Source: an uncultured bacterium
GTDB lineage: Bacteria; Chlamydiota; Chlamydiia; Chlamydiales; SM23-39
Direction: 5' to 3'
DNA: 40,378 bases
Assembly (NCBI GenBank): GCA_964644465.1
Contig: CAZXVU010000002.1
Location: 2,910 to 43,287 of the forward strand
Each line of letters starts with the position of its first letter. The stretch's first letter is position 1. A program made the translations under genes and the position numbers. Positions 16,449 to 24,619 of the stretch are shown piece after piece. The notes below the pieces were generated by a model. That model was not told where the DNA came from. It saw only the letters and a list, made by a program, of their open reading frames with translations, and did no database searches.

Positions 16449-17438
16449 ATGATAGCAAAAGCAAAGATTAGAGGGACTGGTTCCTACCTGCCGGAACGAG
16501 TGCTGTCCAACCGCGATCTCGAGCAGATGGTCGAGACATCCGATGATTGGATCGTTTCTCGCACAGGCATGAAAGAGAGAAGATTGGCGCGAGCTGATGA
16601 GTTCACCTCTGATATGGGGCTTGCTGCTGCCCGGGCGGCTATTGCCGATGCGGGTCTTAAGACGGATGATATCGATTTCATTCTAGTCGCCACCCTGACC
16701 CCCGATTATCTCTTCCCAAGCACCGCGTGCTTAATCCAAAAAGGTCTGGGAGCGAAAAAAGCAGGGGGCATGGATATTCAGGCTGCTTGCACTGGCTATA
16801 TCTATGCTTTATCGATTGCAAAAGCTTTTGTTGAAACAGGCGCCTACAAAAATGTTCTTGTCATCGCGGCTGAAAAACTGTCATCAATCACCAATTATAA
16901 GGACCGATCTACTTGCGTTCTTTTTGGCGATGGGGCCTGCGCTTGCGTCGTTTCTGCAGAAGGAAAAGGTTTATGGATAGAGAGCATTCAGCTCGGCGCG
17001 GATGGAGAGCAAGCAGAACTTTTAATGCTCCCCGCTGGCGGAAGCCGTCTTCCCGCCTCGTTCGATACTGTCGCTAATGGCCAGCATTTTATTAAAATGG
17101 CTGGAAATGAGGTCTTCAAACACGCAGTACGAAGAATGGAAGCCGCTTGCAAGGAATGCTTGGACGCTGTGGGCGCTCAAGAAAAGGAGATCAGCTGGCT
17201 GATCCCTCATCAGGCGAACATGCGCATCATCGATGCAATGGCTAAAAGATTTGAACATTTACCCTCCGACAGAATTTTTAAAACCGTCCAAAAATATGGC
17301 AATACCTCAGCCTCATCGGTAGGGATCGCTCTTGACGAGCTTCTAAAAGCCCACGCTGTTCAAACTGGTGAAAAAATTCTGTTAACTGCTTTTGGATCGG
17401 GTTTCACATGGGGAGCAGCTGTTCTTAGGGCCGAATGA
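16449..17438 (+). CDS. fabH: 3-oxoacyl-ACP synthase III
   Basis: Motifs are the active-site Cys context DIQAACTGYIYAL, His IPHQANMRII, Asn YGNTSASS, and C-terminal GSGFTWG. Confidence 0.92.
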   Translation: MIAKAKIRGTGSYLPERVLSNRDLEQMVETSDDWIVSRTGMKERRLARADEFTSDMGLAAARAAIADAGLKTDDIDFILVATLTPDYLFPSTACLIQKGLGAKKAGGMDIQAACTGYIYALSIAKAFVETGAYKNVLVIAAEKLSSITNYKDRSTCVLFGDGACACVVSAEGKGLWIESIQLGADGEQAELLMLPAGGSRLPASFDTVANGQHFIKMAGNEVFKHAVRRMEAACKECLDAVGAQEKEISWLIPHQANMRIIDAMAKRFEHLPSDRIFKTVQKYGNTSASSVGIALDELLKAHAVQTGEKILLTAFGSGFTWGAAVLRAE

Positions 17439-18382
17439 AAAAGAAAATCGCATTTATCTTCCCGGGACAAGGCGCCCAATACACAGGTATGGGAAAAGAT
17501 TTCTTTGATGCTTTCCCCATCGCCCGGGAAACATTTGAAGAAGCAGATGAGATCCTCGGGGAAAACCTATCTAAAATCATTTTTTCCGGTCCTGAAGAAG
17601 TCCTGACGCAGACCAAATACAGCCAGACAGCGATTTTTGTGGTGAGCATGGCCCTTCTAAGGACCATCAAACAACAATTTCCAAATCTTATGCCCACTGT
17701 TTGCGCTGGATTGAGCCTAGGAGAGTATACCGCTCTTTGCGCTTCCGGAAGGCTGGGATTTGCGGACACCCTTAAACTTGTCCAAGAAAGAGCCCGGCTG
17801 ATGAATGAAGCCTGTGAAAAGACCTCCGGCACGATGGCTGCAGTATTAGGACTCGATGCTCTGGGTGTCGAAAATGCAGTAAAAGAGTTGAAAGGGATCT
17901 GGGTCGCCAATTATAATGCCCCAGGACAAACGGTCATTTCTGGTACGAAAGAGGGGATTGAGCAGGCCGCCTCGAGTTTAAAAGAGAAAGGGGCCAAGAG
18001 AGTAATCCCCCTTGCTGTTCATGGAGCATTCCATAGCGGACTGATGCAATCGGCCCAAGACGGGTTAGCTCCTTGGATTCAAAAAGCTCCTATTCAAGAC
18101 AGTCCCATTGGGTTTGTCATGAACGTGCCTGGAAACCAGGTCCAAGCGATCGATGAGATTCGCAAAAACTTAACGCTGCAAGTAACGCGATCGATTCGCT
18201 GGGAACAGGGAATTGAAGCGATGAAAAAAGCAGGAATAGAATTATTTTTAGAAATCGGCTGCGGGAAAACTTTAACCGGCCTCAATAGAAAAATGGGAAT
18301 TCCAGATCGAGCTCTCTCAGTGGATAAAGTGGCCGATTTGGATGAACTTGCCAAGGCATTAGATTTAATCGCGAAGGTATAG
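17435..18382 (+). CDS. fabD: Malonyl-CoA:ACP transacylase
   Basis: Motifs are FIFPGQGAQYTGMG and the nucleophile motif GLSLGEY. It has an ATGA overlap with fabH. Confidence 0.92.
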   Translation: MKKKIAFIFPGQGAQYTGMGKDFFDAFPIARETFEEADEILGENLSKIIFSGPEEVLTQTKYSQTAIFVVSMALLRTIKQQFPNLMPTVCAGLSLGEYTALCASGRLGFADTLKLVQERARLMNEACEKTSGTMAAVLGLDALGVENAVKELKGIWVANYNAPGQTVISGTKEGIEQAASSLKEKGAKRVIPLAVHGAFHSGLMQSAQDGLAPWIQKAPIQDSPIGFVMNVPGNQVQAIDEIRKNLTLQVTRSIRWEQGIEAMKKAGIELFLEIGCGKTLTGLNRKMGIPDRALSVDKVADLDELAKALDLIAKV

Positions 18383-18384
18383 GA

Positions 18385-19140
18385 ATGCAATTACTTAAAG
18401 GGAAAAAAGCGCTCATCACAGGCGGGACTGCGGGAATAGGAAAAGCGATCGCTTGCCTTTATGCCGAGCAGGGAGCCGACGTCGCAATTTTCGGGACAAA
18501 CCAAGACCGCGCAGAACTTGCAGTGAAAGAAATCGAAGCATGCAAGGTAAATCCAGAACAAAAAGTCGCTTCTTACCTTGTCAATGTCTCCAAATCGAAA
18601 GAAGTCGACGAAACCGTGGAACAGCTCCTGAAAAGCTGGGGCCAGATCGACATCCTTGTCAATAATGCAGGGATCACCCGCGATAATCTTCTAGTCCGCA
18701 TGAGCGAGGAAGATTGGGACCTTGTGGTCGATGTAAATTTAAAATCCGTCTATAACTTATGCCGCGCATTTGCGCGTCCGATGATGAAAGCAAGAGCAGG
18801 GACGATCATCAATATCACCTCTGTGATCGGCTTGACAGGAAATGCAGGACAGGTGAATTATGCTGCTTCGAAATCGGGCATGATCGGGTTCACCAAATCT
18901 CTGGCCAAGGAATTGGCTAGCCGCAACGTCCGCGCTAATTGCGTAGCGCCCGGTTACATTGAAACTCAGATGACCGAGGGTCTCTCTGACCAAATCAAAG
19001 AGTCAATCCTCACAAAGATTCCGCTCAGCCGTATCGGGAAACCCCGCGATATCGCCAATGCGGCTTTGTATTTAGCCAGCGATCTAGCCAGCTATGTCAC
19101 CGGACAGGTGATCACAGTCGACGGCGGAATGGTCATGTAA
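18385..19140 (+). CDS. fabG: 3-oxoacyl-ACP reductase
   Basis: SDR motifs are [16 protein letters not shown] and YAASKSG (YxxxK). The C-terminus is ITVDGGMVM. Confidence 0.92.
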   Translation: MQLLKGKKALITGGTAGIGKAIACLYAEQGADVAIFGTNQDRAELAVKEIEACKVNPEQKVASYLVNVSKSKEVDETVEQLLKSWGQIDILVNNAGITRDNLLVRMSEEDWDLVVDVNLKSVYNLCRAFARPMMKARAGTIINITSVIGLTGNAGQVNYAASKSGMIGFTKSLAKELASRNVRANCVAPGYIETQMTEGLSDQIKESILTKIPLSRIGKPRDIANAALYLASDLASYVTGQVITVDGGMVM

Positions 19141-19160
19141 TTTATGAAAAAAGGAACCCT

Positions 19161-19400
19161 ATGACAATACAACAAGAAGTAATCGATATTATTGTCGAGC
19201 AGCTAGGAGTTGACACTGCCGACGTGACGTTGGAAAAATCCTTCGTCGAAGATCTCAACGCCGACTCACTCGATCTCACCGAATTAATCATGACTTTTGA
19301 AGAGCGATTTGGTTTTGAGATTTCCGAAGAAGACGCCGAGAAACTGAAAACAGTAGGCGATGTCGTGGATTATATCGAAAAACGCAAAGTCAACGCGTAA
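19161..19400 (+). CDS. acpP: Acyl carrier protein
   Basis: The protein is 79 aa and acidic, with the phosphopantetheine attachment motif [13 protein letters not shown]. Confidence 0.92.
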   Translation: MTIQQEVIDIIVEQLGVDTADVTLEKSFVEDLNADSLDLTELIMTFEERFGFEISEEDAEKLKTVGDVVDYIEKRKVNA

Positions 19401-19408
19401 TAATCAGG

Positions 19409-19430
19409 GTGCCAGTTTTGAGACTGGCAC
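19409..19430 (+). terminator. Hairpin after acpP (possible terminator shared with the convergent gene)
   Basis: GTGCCAGT-TTTGAG-ACTGGCAC forms a perfect 8-bp stem 9 nt after the acpP stop. The downstream T-tract is weak. Confidence 0.45.
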
Positions 19431-19484
19431 ACGATTTCATCTAAAAGAAATTCTTTTCTGAACCTGGTTCTATCTACTTGCAGC

Positions 19485-20021
19485 TTAAATAATTGGGTGC
19501 ATAGATTGATGTTTTGCAGCCCAATAAGAGATTTTTGCGAGTGTTTTATCGCTAAGGCCTGTCAATTCCTCTTCGAGAGCTTCAACAGTAGCGCCACCTT
19601 CCAAACGCTCAAAAGTGGCTTGCTTAAACTCTTTTTTTGCGGCTCGAGCTGCCATAACGGGTCTTGATTCTCTGGAAGCGAGGAAGGCTCTTTCAAAATC
19701 GGCGCAAGCGTTTTCAAATGATTTTGATTCACTTCCAACTTGAGGCTTTTTCAGTACCCACTCTTCGAATTTTTTGGCGGCTTTCTCTATTGCTAAAGGG
19801 TCTGCAAAATTATCATTCGCCAAATTATGGGTTCGAAAAATACTCATCCTAGTTCCAGGTTTCTGGATTTGATGAACAGTGAATGCTGTTTTCAGTTCCC
19901 CTTTTGCAGTTTTGTATGCGATGCCAGCTTCGGTTTGCCCTGCAGCGATTTTAGTTTGCTGGAAACGGGAAGCTAAATCAAAAAAAGAATTTGTTGCTGG
20001 ATGTGCCATAAGATACTCCAT
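19485..20021 (-). CDS. Hypothetical soluble protein (alpha-helical, charged)
   Basis: This is a 178-aa ORF with an alternative ATG at 20009. It has no TM segment and no motif I recognise. Coding status is inferred from length and non-overlap with neighbours. Confidence 0.5.
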   Translation of the reverse strand: MEYLMAHPATNSFFDLASRFQQTKIAAGQTEAGIAYKTAKGELKTAFTVHQIQKPGTRMSIFRTHNLANDNFADPLAIEKAAKKFEEWVLKKPQVGSESKSFENACADFERAFLASRESRPVMAARAAKKEFKQATFERLEGGATVEALEEELTGLSDKTLAKISYWAAKHQSMHPII

Positions 20022-20092
20022 TTTCTAAACGGAATTAATTCTAAACTAGCGATAAACTTATAACAAGATCGAGAAAACTTTTTAAATCCACA

Positions 20093-20112
20093 AATCCTTG
20101 AAATCAAGGATT
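20093..20112 (-). terminator. Hairpin spanning the stop codon of the HAMP gene (possible operon terminator)
   Basis: The minus strand reads AATCCTTG-ATTT-CAAGGATT, a perfect 8-bp stem. The T-rich tail (TGTGGATTTAAAAAGTTTT) is not immediately adjacent. Confidence 0.35.
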
Positions 20113-21084
20113 GAGAATCTGGAAGCAGAGGAGATGGATGTCTTCTTCCAGGTCTTTCCGCTTGGTGGCGAAGGAGAGCTCTTTTTGGAGCATGGCGGAG
20201 ATGGTCTCGAGGCCGTCAGAGGCGAAGACTTTGAGCACTTTTGCGAGGAGGTCTTGGATTTTTTGGGGATCTTTGTAGAAACGGAGAAAGCCGCGATTAA
20301 AAAGGAAAAAGAAATCTCCTGAATCGACTTTGAGTGATCCTTTGACAGGATCTAGAAATTTTTCGTCGTCGAGAGACCAGAAGATCGGCAAGTGGGGCCC
20401 TTTGAGTTGGAGATTCGAGGAGTTGCGGTCGAAGAGAAGGGAAGTGTGGGTCTGGCTTTCTTTGGAGAGTTTATATTGGGTGAGGAGCTGATACATCCCT
20501 TCAAAACCCTCTTCTTCTGCCTCTGCCATGTGTACATGGAAATGATCAGCATGATCTGTTTTCGGAAAATCGAGAAGGAGCCCTTTCGGACTATCAGAAA
20601 AAAGCGTGATCGATTTTACTGCAACAGCGTCGGATCTGCAGTCATCGATATTTTTCTGCAGCATCATATGCTGGAGCAGCATAGCGCACTCGTATTCTCC
20701 GTACATTCGCTCGCGGACTAGGGAATTTTCCTTGAGGCGGTTGATGTTCTCGAGAAGGCATTCGCTCATTGTGTTCAACGTATTGGCCAGTTCTGCAATT
20801 TCTCTGGGGCCGTTTACATGGATCGATTCTCCATATTGGCCGGCTGCAATGGCCAGAGCGGAATTATTGAGCTTTTGAATCGGCCGGGAGATTTTATTGG
20901 CGATGACAAAGAGAGTGATCACAACGATCGGAATTGTTATCCCTGCGCAAACAAGGATCAGAAATAAGCTTTCGTGGAATTTGGGATCGCCATAGAGGTT
21001 GTAAGCGAGCAGCGAAGAGACAAGCGCGATGCTGCCAATGATCGTGGGAAGTAAAAAAAGCAACAGGCGGGTCCTGATTTTCAT
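20104..21084 (-). CDS. Membrane signalling protein: 2 TM, HAMP, and a degenerate PP2C/SpoIIE-like (RsbU-like) C-terminal domain
   Basis: Two TM helices flank a loop of only about 12 aa. The HAMP-like segment is ISRPIQKLNNSALAIAAGQYGESIHVNGPREIAELANTLNTMSECLLENINRL. The C-terminal approximately 200 aa follow the SpoIIE layout (AMLLQHMML..., HTSLLFDRNSSNLQLKGPHLPIF, VDSGDFFFLFNRGF, EEDIHLLCF), but the usual GDVxGHG and TDG acidic positions appear substituted. It has an ATGA overlap with the upstream gene. Confidence 0.6.
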   Translation of the reverse strand: MKIRTRLLLFLLPTIIGSIALVSSLLAYNLYGDPKFHESLFLILVCAGITIPIVVITLFVIANKISRPIQKLNNSALAIAAGQYGESIHVNGPREIAELANTLNTMSECLLENINRLKENSLVRERMYGEYECAMLLQHMMLQKNIDDCRSDAVAVKSITLFSDSPKGLLLDFPKTDHADHFHVHMAEAEEEGFEGMYQLLTQYKLSKESQTHTSLLFDRNSSNLQLKGPHLPIFWSLDDEKFLDPVKGSLKVDSGDFFFLFNRGFLRFYKDPQKIQDLLAKVLKVFASDGLETISAMLQKELSFATKRKDLEEDIHLLCFQILNP

Positions 21085-21515
21085 GCTAGGATCGAGACTC
21101 CTTTATGCCGGCACGGAAGCTGTTGAGAATAGGATTGGATCAAAGAGACAGCCACCGAAGGGCATTCAGAGATAATAGAAAGGAGATGGCTGCGGGAAAG
21201 GGTCAAAAAGAGGGTGTCGGTCTTACAAATAGCTGTATAGCCCCGAGACTGTTCATTGAAAAGGGATTCGTCTCCGAAATAATCATTGGAATGGAGTTCC
21301 GTAATGGGTTTCATCCGTTCGTCGAGAATCTGAACGGATCCATGTACAATGAGATAAATCCGATTGGCGACCTGGCCTGATGAAAAGACTTTTTCATTGG
21401 CGTCGTAGTCATCTTCATGAAGCTTTTCAGCAACTGCGAGGAGGATCTCGAGATCCAGCTCGTTGAAGAGCCGCAATTTTTTGAGGAAGAAAGCTTTTTC
21501 AATCAGACTTTTCAA
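21081..21515 (-). CDS. Stand-alone cyclic-nucleotide-binding (cNMP/CAP-effector) domain protein
   Basis: The 144-aa protein reads FFLKKLRLFNELDLEILLAVAEKL...VFSSGQVANRIYLIVHGSVQIL...NDYFGDESLF...SRGYTAIC..DTLFLTLSRSHLLSII, matching the cNMP-binding beta-roll pattern (FGE...R.A). The start is apparently TTG at 21515, overlapping the upstream stop. Confidence 0.8.
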   Translation of the reverse strand: MKSLIEKAFFLKKLRLFNELDLEILLAVAEKLHEDDYDANEKVFSSGQVANRIYLIVHGSVQILDERMKPITELHSNDYFGDESLFNEQSRGYTAICKTDTLFLTLSRSHLLSIISECPSVAVSLIQSYSQQLPCRHKGVSILA

Positions 21516-24370
21516 GGGCTCTCCAGGAGTTCGTAAGCAAATTGATGGAACGTTTCATCCGATTGTTTCATCTGCTCGCGCAGTTGCTGTTTCCAATTCG
21601 GCATTTGGAGTTTTGCTTTGAGCCGCACAGCGACAACCTTATCGAAAAGAGAAGGGGATTGCTCGAGCTTACCGAGGAGCTCTGATAGAGTCAGCTTCGG
21701 ATAATCTCCTTGCCAGCTAAGGCATGCTGCCATTTTTTCTTCGAGAGGCAAATCGTCGACAAGAGGTGCTATGAGGCGGAAAATACGGGCATCGCACGTT
21801 TTTTCAAGGCTTTCTACGGCGTGTGAGTGGACTTTTGCATTGCGGCTATGAAGCGCGCGTACGAGTAATTCCGGATCTTCCAACGATCCAGCGGCACCCA
21901 AAAGGTGGATGATGAAATCGATCACCGATTGATAGCCGGTAAGAAGGGCGCTCTGGAGCATCTCGAGATCGTGAAGGGGATGCTGATTTTGAATGGTGTG
22001 GCCGAAGTAGAAGTAGAAATAGGCCCGCTCAATCTCAATGTCCAGAATGTCGATCAAGTTTGCTTGCAGTTGAGGAAGCGCCAAGCGGCCTAAAATTTTT
22101 CCAGCTAAAATGCGCGCCCGTTCAGGGAGTGCGATATCTTTGGTCAGAGTCAAAAGAAGCGGAACGATTTTCAAGCCCATCTGGACGATGATTTCCTCTG
22201 TGCGGCGCCGCTCATTGGGTCTAAAGTGGACGCTGGCAAGAAGGATCTCTTTGATGGTGGTAGAATCGGCAATCTTGCCCAAGGCATCGATCAAGGAAAG
22301 GCGGAATGCATTATCGCGAGCCGCGCACAGTTCCTCAATAAGACGGGGAGCATGGCGGCTGAGACGCTTATCGGCGATGCGGGCTGTGCAGCGAGCTGCA
22401 GCTCTTTTCACGTGGACTGATTCGTGGGAAAGGAAGGGAAGTGCTTTTTCCGCAGCTTCAAGAGAGGCGTCTTCTGCGAGGATATCAAGGCCTAAACTGA
22501 TCTCGTCGATGAGGTTTGATTTCAGCATCAGATCGAGTTTTTTTGCGGCGATAGTACGATTTAGGGCCGCATAATCGAGCGATTGATTGGCGAGCGATTT
22601 TTTCATGGTTAAAATGGCTGCGCTGCGGAGCAAAAGATCGGGATGGTCGAGATCGTCTTCAGCTTTTTCTGGATGATGGAGGCCCCGTTTCGCAAGGTAA
22701 TAATTGGCCCATTTCGAGAGCTCGGGAGATTCGTTTTCATAGCTCCAGTTGTCGATCGCATCGATGACGCGAGAATCGCTGGCAAAAGAGCTCACTTCAA
22801 GGAGCTTTAGGAATTGAATTTTTGAATGGGTGCCGAAATGTCCAGCCACCTGAAGGATGCGGGGCAGTACGCTTTGATCTCCAAGCTGCAGGAGCGACTC
22901 GATCGCTAAAAGCTGCGTCTCTTCAGAATTGGATCGGAGCGAGTCCAGAATATCTTTTTTTGCCTCTTTTTGTTCGCGGCGGGTCATTGAGAAAAGCCAC
23001 CCTTTTAGTTTCCGCTCAAAATGGAGGGCATTGTCCTTTAAATTGATCATCAAAGCATTCGAGTAGATGGCCCGGATGATGAATGCGAGAACTAGGACGA
23101 TTAGAGTTAAAGTGAATCCCAGCCAGCGGCTTCCTGATTGAAGGCCGAATAGAAGAAGCGCGCTGAGAAGCATCCCGATCGGTTCAAAGAAGGAATCGTT
23201 TATGATCCGCACCTTCGATTTGAGTTTTGCAGGTACTGCATTGGAAAGGAGATTGAAACAGTTGTCTTCGACAGTAAATAATATCCCATCCACTGCGACA
23301 AGTCCAAGAACTGCAAAAAGCATCGCGTCGTGAAGGACCCACCCTGAATAGACCGCTGCAAAGAAGAGGGGAGTGATGAGGATTGCATTATTGAGTCCCA
23401 TCCGCCGTACAAACCGGCCGTAGAAAAATACCCCAAAAATGATATTGCAAAGAGAAATCAAGGCGCGGCATTTGCCTAAGAATTCTGCGATCTGACCTTC
23501 AGCAAGCTTTTCTCCGCTGGAGTGGAAAAAACGTCCAAAAGAATCCATGTAGTTGAATTCAGTCACGGTCAGCAAGAGTTGCACAAAAAGGCTTAAGCAA
23601 AGGAGGACAATGGCGAATTTTGACCGGACAATCAGCTGTACAACGGAAGAAAAAGAGTCGCGGCTGCCGGAAAAGACCCCTTCCATCGTATCGTCATGGA
23701 CGGCCTTGGATTTTAGGGCGATCCCTCTTGCTTGCGCCATTGCGAAAAGGATCGAAATAGCGGCGCAGATCAAAAGGCCGGAAAAGCCCACTTTGTCCAA
23801 TAAAAGATTGATCGCCGTTCCAGATAGAATGGATCCAAAGAAATAGGCGGCGCTATAGATAGAATAGACCCTTTTGGCGTCTTGCAAGTCGTGATATTGG
23901 TCGGTAAAAGTCCAAGAGCAGGCGATCATGACTGCAAAGAACATTCTAGAGGCGATTTTCAAGGCGTAAAAAAACCAGACCGGAGGGGATGTCCCGACGA
24001 AAAAAGCCGCCGCAGCGCAGATGAGAACGCCAAAGCCTAAAGAAAAAATTAAAATCCGGTATGGGCTTGTGACTCGCAGGCTATAGAGGACCAGCGTCGA
24101 AACGCCGATCATCCCTAAAGCGATCGAAAGGTAGACCCTCGGCAGGAATTCCGCCCCGATTTTTTCAAGGAAAAGGCCATCGGATAGAGTATCTAGGCAA
24201 GAGCTTCCAAAAGCCCATAGGATCGCCAGGCGGGCAAATCTAAAGGCATGGCTGCCTTCGCCCGAATAAATCCCAAAAACCTTACGAAATATTCTTTGCA
24301 ACATCTCTCTAATAAAGTCCTTATAAAAGGTTAAATCCATTGTACGGCAATGGAGATTTTTCTCTACCAT
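21512..24370 (-). CDS. Polytopic NTT(TLC)/MFS-like transporter fused to a C-terminal HEAT-repeat domain
   Basis: The N-terminal approximately 450 aa contain about 11-12 hydrophobic helices. Their start, FRFARLAILWAFGSSCLDTLSDGLFLEKIGAEFLPRVYL, resembles the start of ATP/ADP-translocase-like carriers. The C-terminal approximately 480 aa are repeated helical pairs of HEAT/PBS-lyase type (e.g. VHVKRAAARCTARIAD, AFRLSLIDALGKIAD, AKVHSHAVESLEK). Confidence 0.65.
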   Translation of the reverse strand: MVEKNLHCRTMDLTFYKDFIREMLQRIFRKVFGIYSGEGSHAFRFARLAILWAFGSSCLDTLSDGLFLEKIGAEFLPRVYLSIALGMIGVSTLVLYSLRVTSPYRILIFSLGFGVLICAAAAFFVGTSPPVWFFYALKIASRMFFAVMIACSWTFTDQYHDLQDAKRVYSIYSAAYFFGSILSGTAINLLLDKVGFSGLLICAAISILFAMAQARGIALKSKAVHDDTMEGVFSGSRDSFSSVVQLIVRSKFAIVLLCLSLFVQLLLTVTEFNYMDSFGRFFHSSGEKLAEGQIAEFLGKCRALISLCNIIFGVFFYGRFVRRMGLNNAILITPLFFAAVYSGWVLHDAMLFAVLGLVAVDGILFTVEDNCFNLLSNAVPAKLKSKVRIINDSFFEPIGMLLSALLLFGLQSGSRWLGFTLTLIVLVLAFIIRAIYSNALMINLKDNALHFERKLKGWLFSMTRREQKEAKKDILDSLRSNSEETQLLAIESLLQLGDQSVLPRILQVAGHFGTHSKIQFLKLLEVSSFASDSRVIDAIDNWSYENESPELSKWANYYLAKRGLHHPEKAEDDLDHPDLLLRSAAILTMKKSLANQSLDYAALNRTIAAKKLDLMLKSNLIDEISLGLDILAEDASLEAAEKALPFLSHESVHVKRAAARCTARIADKRLSRHAPRLIEELCAARDNAFRLSLIDALGKIADSTTIKEILLASVHFRPNERRRTEEIIVQMGLKIVPLLLTLTKDIALPERARILAGKILGRLALPQLQANLIDILDIEIERAYFYFYFGHTIQNQHPLHDLEMLQSALLTGYQSVIDFIIHLLGAAGSLEDPELLVRALHSRNAKVHSHAVESLEKTCDARIFRLIAPLVDDLPLEEKMAACLSWQGDYPKLTLSELLGKLEQSPSLFDKVVAVRLKAKLQMPNWKQQLREQMKQSDETFHQFAYELLESP

Positions 24371-24400
24371 TTATATGGTCAAAAAAACTTTTTTTTCATA

Positions 24401-24610
24401 TATACTCAATTAACCTCAAAACTTGGTTTCTGACGGCGTCGGACAGCCACTGCCTTCGAGTCCGCCTGCACCCCACCCCAAAGACGATGCGTCTTCGGGG
24501 ACCCCGGCGCTAAACTTTTTAAGTTTAGCTGCTTCGGCGCCGGCTTCGCCTGACTCGAATTCAGGGCGCCTCCTTGTCATATTCCCAGGTTTTGAAATCA
24601 TTTGAGTATA
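24401..24610. repeat. GC-rich structured intergenic element B, bounded by 26-nt imperfect terminal inverted repeats (MITE-like)
   Basis: The left end TATACTCAATTAACCTCAAAACTTGG (24401-24426) matches the reverse complement of 24585-24610 (TATACTCAAATGATTTCAAAACCTGG) at 21/26 positions. The interior holds the 30-nt hairpin (24476-24505) and a perfect 9-bp hairpin GCTAAACTT-TTT-AAGTTTAGC. Confidence 0.7.
24476..24505 (+). repeat. 30-nt conserved hairpin element, copy 2
   Basis: ccccaaagaCgatgcGtcttcggggacccc pairs AAGACG with CGTCTT, where copy 1 pairs AAGATG with CATCTT. Confidence 0.85.
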
Positions 24611-24619
24611 GCTTAGAAG

